Shown: piece by piece, positions 18,627 through 24,000 of the stretch
Layout of the letters: every line of letters starts with the position of its first letter
How positions within the stretch are numbered: the first letter of the stretch is position 1
NCBI RefSeq assembly: GCF_015356115.1
Contig: NZ_CP063056.1
Coordinates: forward strand, 1,003,296 to 1,027,295
From: Rodentibacter haemolyticus
GTDB lineage: Bacteria > Pseudomonadota > Gammaproteobacteria > Enterobacterales > Pasteurellaceae
Direction: 5' to 3'
Length of the DNA: 24,000 nucleotides
Made by a program: the position numbers and the translations under genes
The notes under the pieces: generated by a model
What the model saw: only the letters and a program-made list of their open reading frames with translations
What the model was told of the DNA's origin: nothing
The model's database searches: none

Positions 18627-19571
18627 ATGCGATGTTTTCGACTCTCTCACCGTTTTTTAATCTATTTATTTAGCTTATTTGCGGTGTTATTTCTTACAGG
18701 CTGTATTCAGTCAGGAAACGTTTTTGTATCTAAAAATAGGGTAATGCTTGCTGAACAAAACCCAAATTCACACTTTCAACAGGAAGTGATGATTGTGCGA
18801 ATCAGCCAAGTATTATTAGTTGGAAAAATGAGTAATGAAGAACGTGCTTCGCTGCACTTTGAACGTGGGGTTTTATATGATTCCCTCGGTTTATGGGGAT
18901 TGGCGCGTTACGATTTTACTCAAGCCCTTGCATTGCAGCCTAAAATGGCTTCCGTGTATAACTATTTAGGGCTTTATTTATTGCTTGAAGAAGATTATGA
19001 CGACGCATTAGAAACCTTTAATGCGGTGTTTGAATTAGATGCAAGCTATGATTACACCCACCTTAATCGTGGTTTAAATTTTTACTATGTAGGACGTTAC
19101 AATCTTGCCGAACAAGATTTCTTACAGTTCTACCAAGCTGATACAAAAGATCCTTACCGTGTCTTATGGCTGTACTTGAACGAACAAAAATTAAAACCAC
19201 AAGAAGCCCACGCAAACCTTGTCGAACGAGCAAAAGGGCTATCAGAGGATTTCTGGGGTACAAATATCGTTCAATACTACTTAGGACATATTTCTTTAGA
19301 ACAATTGCAACAACGAGCCGATGAATTTGCGAAAAATTCTCAGCAATATGCAGAAATTCTAACAGAAACCTATTTTTATCTAGCAAAACAAAAACTCAAT
19401 GTAGGGCTGGTAGATGAAGCGGCGGCTTTATTTAAACTGGCAATGGCAAATCAGGTTTATAACTTTGTTGAGTATCGTTTTGCTTCGTTTGAGCTAATGA
19501 AATTAAAACCGGCTCAAACAGACAACGAAAAAGAAGAGAAAAATGCGATCACAAAAGCAATTGTTTTATAA
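18627..19571 (+). CDS. nlpI: Lipoprotein NlpI (TPR-repeat)
   Basis: 314 aa with a signal peptide and lipobox LFLTGC. TPR-like repeats are present (RGVLYDSLGLWGLARYDFTQALALQP..). The pnp-nlpI-deaD order is conserved. Confidence 0.9.
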   Translation: MRCFRLSHRFLIYLFSLFAVLFLTGCIQSGNVFVSKNRVMLAEQNPNSHFQQEVMIVRISQVLLVGKMSNEERASLHFERGVLYDSLGLWGLARYDFTQALALQPKMASVYNYLGLYLLLEEDYDDALETFNAVFELDASYDYTHLNRGLNFYYVGRYNLAEQDFLQFYQADTKDPYRVLWLYLNEQKLKPQEAHANLVERAKGLSEDFWGTNIVQYYLGHISLEQLQQRADEFAKNSQQYAEILTETYFYLAKQKLNVGLVDEAAALFKLAMANQVYNFVEYRFASFELMKLKPAQTDNEKEEKNAITKAIVL

Positions 19572-19722
19572 AAATTGCGTAAAATCGACCGCACTTATAT
19601 AGGATATGAATGGCTGACCATTCATACATACGTTAATAATACGTGCATAAAACGTCCTATAAACCGAAATTAGCCACCGAAAGCCTATTGAGTTTTCCTT
19701 AATTTATAATTTGAGAATTTTA

Positions 19723-21540
19723 ATGACTGACAAAATCACTTTTAATGACTTAGGCTTACCTGAGTTCATCTTAAAAGCTGTTTCAGACTTAGGTTTTGAA
19801 ACCCCTTCCCCAATTCAACAAACTTGTATTCCGCACTTGCTCAATGGCAATGATGTGCTGGGTATGGCACAAACCGGTAGCGGTAAAACCGCCGCATTTG
19901 CTTTACCGCTTTTAGCACAAATCGATACGGCGGCAAAACACCCGCAAATGTTAGTGATGGCACCAACCCGAGAACTTGCTATCCAAGTAGCGGATGCTTG
20001 TGAACAATTTGTGAAATATGCGCATGGTACACGCATTGTTACCCTTTACGGCGGCCAACGCTATGACATTCAACTTCGCGCTTTAAAACAGGGAGCGCAG
20101 GTGATTGTCGGTACACCGGGGCGTATTCTCGATCACATTCGCCGCGGTACTTTAGACCTCTCCGAGCTCCGTTTTATCGTGCTTGATGAAGCCGATGAAA
20201 TGTTACGAATGGGCTTTATTGATGATGTAGAAACCGTGATGGCGGAATTGCCGGAAAATCATCAAACCGCCCTCTTCTCCGCAACGATGCCGGAACCTAT
20301 TCGCCGCATAACCAAGCGTTTTATGAACGATCCGAAAGAAGTGAAGATCAAAGTCAATAACGAAAATGCACCGGACATTGAGCAAAGTTGCTGGTATGTA
20401 CATGGGGTACGTAAAAACGAAGCGCTTCTTCGCTTTTTAGAAGTAGAAGATTTTGATGCGGCAATCATTTTCGCCCGTACCAAAACGGCAACACTGGATA
20501 TTACCGAGCTGCTTGAAAAAAACGGCTTCCGTTCAGCCGCCCTTAATGGCGATATGACACAACAATTGCGTGAACAAACCCTCGATCGTTTGCGTAACGG
20601 CAGCCTTGATATTGTTGTGGCAACCGATGTTGCAGCCCGTGGTATCGACATTGAACGTATCAGCCTTGTTGTAAACTACGATATTACCCTTGACGCGGAA
20701 TCTTATATTCACCGTATCGGCCGTACCGGTCGTGCCGGTCGTTCCGGCCGTGCACTACTGTTTGTCGAACCACGTGAACGCCGCTTACTTCGCAATATCG
20801 AACAGTTAATGAAAAAACCGATCAATGAAGTGGAATTGCCAAATCATTTCGTGTTGCAAGAATGCCGCCGAAAGAAATTCGTGGCGAAAATCACCAAACA
20901 GCTTGAGCATCACGACCTGGAACAATATCGTAGCTTGCTGGAAGATTTATTTACCGCCGATCAAGATCAGGAAGATATTGCAGCAGCAATGTTAATGTTA
21001 CTTCAAGGTAAACAAAAACTTATCCTTCCTCCTGATCCACCAATGGAAAAACGCCGCCGCAACGATCGTGATCGCCGTGAAAATCCTCGTTCTGCGGAAC
21101 GTCGCGGTGAACGCAAAGGCTACGGCAATCCGCAACCAATGGATTTATATCGCATTGAAGTGGGTAGAGTCGATGGTGTGGAGGTTCGTCATATTGTGGG
21201 CGCGATTGCAAATGAGGGCGATATTGATAGCCGCTACATTGGTCATATCAAACTCTATGATGAACATTCTACCGTAGAATTACCACAAGGAATGCCGAAA
21301 GAATTACTTCAACAATTTGGGAAAACCCGCGTGTTGAATAAACAAATGCAAATGTCATTTCTTGGTGCGGTAAAATCTGACGGTAACCGCGGCGGTGATG
21401 ATTTCAACGGTAAACGCCGCGCAGGGCGTGGCAATGACTTTGGTCGTGAGCGGAGTCGTAACGAGCGTGGAGGACGTAAATTTAACGAAAAATCCAACCG
21501 CTCTTTTAGCGACAAACCACGCAAAGTACGCCGAGGCTAA
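19723..21540 (+). CDS. deaD: ATP-dependent DEAD-box RNA helicase DeaD/CsdA
   Basis: Q motif (FETPSPIQ), motif [19 protein letters not shown] (VLDEADEM), [14 protein letters not shown], and a basic RGG-rich tail. Start set at ATG 19723 ([12 protein letters not shown]) rather than the upstream TTG at 19711. Confidence 0.95.
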   Translation: MTDKITFNDLGLPEFILKAVSDLGFETPSPIQQTCIPHLLNGNDVLGMAQTGSGKTAAFALPLLAQIDTAAKHPQMLVMAPTRELAIQVADACEQFVKYAHGTRIVTLYGGQRYDIQLRALKQGAQVIVGTPGRILDHIRRGTLDLSELRFIVLDEADEMLRMGFIDDVETVMAELPENHQTALFSATMPEPIRRITKRFMNDPKEVKIKVNNENAPDIEQSCWYVHGVRKNEALLRFLEVEDFDAAIIFARTKTATLDITELLEKNGFRSAALNGDMTQQLREQTLDRLRNGSLDIVVATDVAARGIDIERISLVVNYDITLDAESYIHRIGRTGRAGRSGRALLFVEPRERRLLRNIEQLMKKPINEVELPNHFVLQECRRKKFVAKITKQLEHHDLEQYRSLLEDLFTADQDQEDIAAAMLMLLQGKQKLILPPDPPMEKRRRNDRDRRENPRSAERRGERKGYGNPQPMDLYRIEVGRVDGVEVRHIVGAIANEGDIDSRYIGHIKLYDEHSTVELPQGMPKELLQQFGKTRVLNKQMQMSFLGAVKSDGNRGGDDFNGKRRAGRGNDFGRERSRNERGGRKFNEKSNRSFSDKPRKVRRG

Positions 21541-21560
21541 AATCGCTAAACACTAATCCT

Positions 21561-21595
21561 AAGCCCCTTAAACAATCTGAAGGGGCTTTTTATTG
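21561..21595 (+). terminator. Rho-independent terminator of deaD
   Basis: Stem aagcccctt/aaggggctt with a 10-nt loop, followed by tttttatt. Confidence 0.85.
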
Positions 21596-21621
21596 TCTAT
21601 ACACAAAATTCCCGTTACAAT
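21593..21621 (+). promoter_or_regulatory. Candidate sigma70 promoter of mltF
   Basis: TTGTCT (21593-21598), a 17-nt spacer, then TACAAT (21616-21621). Confidence 0.45.
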
Positions 21622-21653
21622 CCCCCACAATTTACACAATAGGATTAAGGTAT

Positions 21654-23075
21654 TTGAAAGGTTTATTTTTACGCATTATTGCCGCTTTTGCTTTGTTACT
21701 TTGGGCGATTGATATGGTATTCCCATGGCAAAAAATTATGCTGTCGGAAGAAAATCACTATTCAGCCATTCGATCTCGCGGCAGTTTGATTGTCGGTACC
21801 ATTAATAACCCGATTTATTATTTCATCGATGCTAAAGGTGAGTCCGGTTTGGAATATGAATTGGCGAGAAGTTTTGCTGATTATCTGGGAGTAAAGCTTG
21901 AAATTAGGACCTTAGAAAATACGGATGCGCTTTTTCAGGCGCTTGAAAGCAATCAAATTGATTTGGCGGCGGCAAATTTATTCTTTCACCCTAAACGAGC
22001 CGAACAATTTCAAATAGGACCGGCTTATACCTCCGCCTCTTGGCAGCTGGTTTATCAAAAAGGAGAAACTCGCCCGAAAGATTTAAGCCAAATCCAACGA
22101 GAAATTGTACTTGCCGGCGGTGAAGAGTTAGATGAATTATTAGTTCAATTTCAGAAAAAATTCCCAACGCTAAAATGGAAAAATAACAAACAACTCACAC
22201 AGGAAGAACTATTGATACAAGTGGCGGAAGGGAAAATACCTTATACCATTGCTAATTCCATTGATGTGGCTGCAGCCCAACAAACTCGCCCCAATCTTGC
22301 CATTGCTTTTGATTTAACGGATGAAGCAAGCGTCCATTGGTATTTGGCCAATAATTCTTATAGCGAGTTACAAGCCGGACTGTTGGATTTTATGAATAAT
22401 GCGCTCGATACCGGTTTGATTGATCGTATTGAAGAAAAATATTTCCGCCATATCGCACAATTTGATTATGTGGATAGTCGCGCTTATTTAGAAGCCATTG
22501 AAAAAATTCTACCGCAATATCAACCGCTCTTTGAGAAATATAAAGGTGATTTGGATTGGCGTTTATTAGCTGCTGTGGCATATCAAGAATCTCATTGGAA
22601 TCCTTATGCCACTTCGCCTACCGGCGTGCGTGGTATGATGATGCTGACAAAAGACACGGCGGAACGAATGAAAATTAATAACCGCACCGATCCGGAACAA
22701 AGCATTAAAGCAGGCTCAGAGTATCTACATTGGCTAATTTCACAAATGCCTGACAGCATTCCGCAAGAAGATCGTATTTGGTATGCACTGGCGGCATATA
22801 ATATGGGATTAGGGCACGTAGTGGACGTACGCCGTTTAACCAAAAACTTGGGCGGAAATCCCGATAATTGGCTTGATGTAAAAAATAACTTGCCGTTATT
22901 GGCGGAAAAACGCCATTATAGTAGCTTAAAATACGGCTATGCACGCGGTTATGAAGCCTATCAATATGTCGAAAATATTCGCCGATATATGAATAGTATT
23001 GTGAACTACCATCGGGTTCAGGAAAATCAAAGCAATAATGAATTTGAAAGTGCGGTCAAAAATAAACAAGAATAG
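21654..23075 (+). CDS. mltF: Membrane-bound lytic murein transglycosylase F
   Basis: 473 aa with an N-terminal hydrophobic anchor, a periplasmic solute-binding-like domain ([39 protein letters not shown]) and a C-terminal SLT domain ([32 protein letters not shown]). TTG start; the exact start is uncertain. Confidence 0.9.
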   Translation: MKGLFLRIIAAFALLLWAIDMVFPWQKIMLSEENHYSAIRSRGSLIVGTINNPIYYFIDAKGESGLEYELARSFADYLGVKLEIRTLENTDALFQALESNQIDLAAANLFFHPKRAEQFQIGPAYTSASWQLVYQKGETRPKDLSQIQREIVLAGGEELDELLVQFQKKFPTLKWKNNKQLTQEELLIQVAEGKIPYTIANSIDVAAAQQTRPNLAIAFDLTDEASVHWYLANNSYSELQAGLLDFMNNALDTGLIDRIEEKYFRHIAQFDYVDSRAYLEAIEKILPQYQPLFEKYKGDLDWRLLAAVAYQESHWNPYATSPTGVRGMMMLTKDTAERMKINNRTDPEQSIKAGSEYLHWLISQMPDSIPQEDRIWYALAAYNMGLGHVVDVRRLTKNLGGNPDNWLDVKNNLPLLAEKRHYSSLKYGYARGYEAYQYVENIRRYMNSIVNYHRVQENQSNNEFESAVKNKQE

Positions 23076-23087
23076 GAGAAAGTAGCA

Positions 23088-23237
23088 ATGTTAAAACGAA
23101 AAACCTTCTTGAAAAAAGTGAAGTCTCGGGATATTTCTTCCTCGCGAAACTTACGTTTAAGACGACTAAAACATCGTAAACAAAAACAATTTAAACGCCA
23201 GGCTCTGCAATTTGTTGTGCAAGAGATTTGCGGTTAG
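23088..23237 (+). CDS. Hypothetical small, highly basic protein (49 aa)
   Basis: Not in the supplied ORF track (too short). ATG 23088 is preceded by AGGAGA (23074-23079) at 8 nt. The product is MLKRKTFLKKVKSRDISSSRNLRLRRLKHRKQKQFKRQALQFVVQEICG. A terminator hairpin lies 15 nt after the TAG. I recognise no family. Confidence 0.4.
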   Translation: MLKRKTFLKKVKSRDISSSRNLRLRRLKHRKQKQFKRQALQFVVQEICG

Positions 23238-23251
23238 TTTACTGAATGAAG

Positions 23252-23279
23252 AAAACCCCGATATACCATCGGGATTTTC
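23252..23279. terminator. Bidirectional terminator hairpin between the small ORF and bamD
   Basis: aaaaccccgat, loop atacc, then atcgggatttt. A/T runs on both sides allow termination in both directions. Confidence 0.7.
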
Positions 23280-23287
23280 TTTGCCTT

Positions 23288-24000
23288 TTATTTGGCTGTC
23301 GGTACGACTAATTCCGAATCTTTCGGTTTTTCCACTTTGGTGAATTGCTTATCTTTATTTGCATCAATCACTTGCTGGGTTTGATTGGCTAAGGTTTCCA
23401 ATCCCATTTTTTGATAAGCATCACGCATAAAGAATAAGGCTTCATAGGTCGGTTGCGTATCCGGGTATAATTGCAACATTCCCACAACACGGTTTGCAAC
23501 CGCCACATCCGCATTGCGCTTAGCATAGAATTTCACAATATCTAATTCGTGGCGGGCTAAAGAATCTTTGATATACGCCATACGTGCCAAAGCATCTTGT
23601 GAATAAGGACTATTCGGGAATGCACGTACTAAACTTTGGAAATTTGAGAATGCGGTTTTCAATGATGTTGTTTCACGGGTCGCACGATCAATCCCGAAAA
23701 AATCCTGAATGGCATTATCTGCGGTTGCAGAATTTGTTAAACCTGCCATATATACGGCATAATCACGATTCGGACTTTGTGGGAATTGATTTAAAAAACT
23801 ATCTACATTAACCAATACCGCCGTGTAATCCTGAGATTTATAATAGGCATAAATTAAATCCAGCATTGCCTGCTCTTGATAAGTACTGCCGGGGAAACGT
23901 GCCGTTGTTGCACTTAAATAACGGATTGCATCGGCATAGCCCCCTTCTTGCAATGAAGCCGCTCCCTTATTATAAAGCTCATCAACTGAGGCTTGTTCCA
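23288..24000 (-). CDS. bamD: Outer membrane protein assembly factor BamD (YfiO/ComL), 5' end beyond the window
   Basis: TPR-like lipoprotein colinear with BamD (..RFPGSTYQEQAMLDLIYAYYKSQDY.., PNRDYAVYMAGLTN, ARHELDIVKFYAKR). The frame stays open from 23953 to the window edge (..EQASVDELYNKGAASLQEGGY..), so the CDS is partial. Confidence 0.9.
   Translation of the reverse strand, partial: EQASVDELYNKGAASLQEGGYADAIRYLSATTARFPGSTYQEQAMLDLIYAYYKSQDYTAVLVNVDSFLNQFPQSPNRDYAVYMAGLTNSATADNAIQDFFGIDRATRETTSLKTAFSNFQSLVRAFPNSPYSQDALARMAYIKDSLARHELDIVKFYAKRNADVAVANRVVGMLQLYPDTQPTYEALFFMRDAYQKMGLETLANQTQQVIDANKDKQFTKVEKPKDSELVVPTAK

Noticed and set aside
19063-19386. 107-aa antisense ORF in nlpI
   Set aside because: Antisense to a supported TPR lipoprotein gene, with no signals.
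19605-19626. 9-bp hairpin tatgaatgg/ccattcata after nlpI as a terminator
   Set aside because: No T-run follows. It may be part of a structured deaD leader instead, so I do not call it a terminator.
19711-19722. TTG-initiated extension of deaD (MRIL-)
   Set aside because: The ATG at 19723 gives the conserved N-terminus ([12 protein letters not shown]), and the upstream TTG adds nothing conserved.
19815-21524. Six ORFs overlapping deaD (19815-20036, 20203-20403, 20262-20651, 21020-21211, 21068-21277, 21309-21524)
   Set aside because: They are out of frame or antisense to a gene with every DEAD-box motif. The Arg/Pro/Ser-rich ones mirror the RGG-rich tail region.
22390-22944. Three antisense ORFs in mltF
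   Set aside because: Shadow ORFs opposite the SLT domain region.
23584-23811. 75-aa plus-strand ORF inside bamD
   Set aside because: Antisense to a well-supported gene.

Overview
This window is a chromosomal segment from a naturally competent member of the Pasteurellaceae (Haemophilus/Aggregatibacter type). I count 17 perfect copies of the Hin-type uptake signal core AAGTGCGGT/ACCGCACTT, many arranged as inverted pairs that act as terminator hairpins. hemB is present, which argues against H. influenzae itself. Most of the window is core housekeeping. In order: nanM (-), a tRNA-Ser(GCU)/tRNA-Arg(ACG)/tRNA-Arg(ACG) cluster (+), a metallophosphoesterase gene coupled to nadR (-), FMN riboswitch plus ribB (+), an lpsA-like GT25 glycosyltransferase (+), an IS3-family element (+), gdhA (-), hemB (-), tatCBA (-), psd (+), fklB-like FKBP (+), yeeE/yeeD (+), an HNH-nuclease/XRE-regulator pair, a yhcH-family gene (-), pnp (+), nlpI (+), deaD (+), mltF (+), a 49-aa basic ORF (+) and the 3' part of bamD (-). 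The nadR-ribB-lpsA and yhcH-pnp-nlpI-deaD orders match what I recall for H. influenzae Rd. Three spots are accessory or decaying. (1) A ~1 kb AT-rich cassette (14.5-15.6 kb) carries a zinc-ribbon HNH endonuclease and a divergent XRE regulator, bounded by a perfect 35-bp inverted repeat built from USS hairpins. This is my best candidate for an undescribed two-gene nuclease/regulator (defence or addiction) module. (2) The lpsA-like gene is out of frame by exactly one ACAAT pentamer directly after its ATG. (3) The IS3-family element has a broken transposase, and its ends abut or include USS cores in inverted orientation. I saw no CRISPR array, rRNA, integrase or phage structural genes. All protein calls rest on motif and family recognition by eye; no database search was possible.
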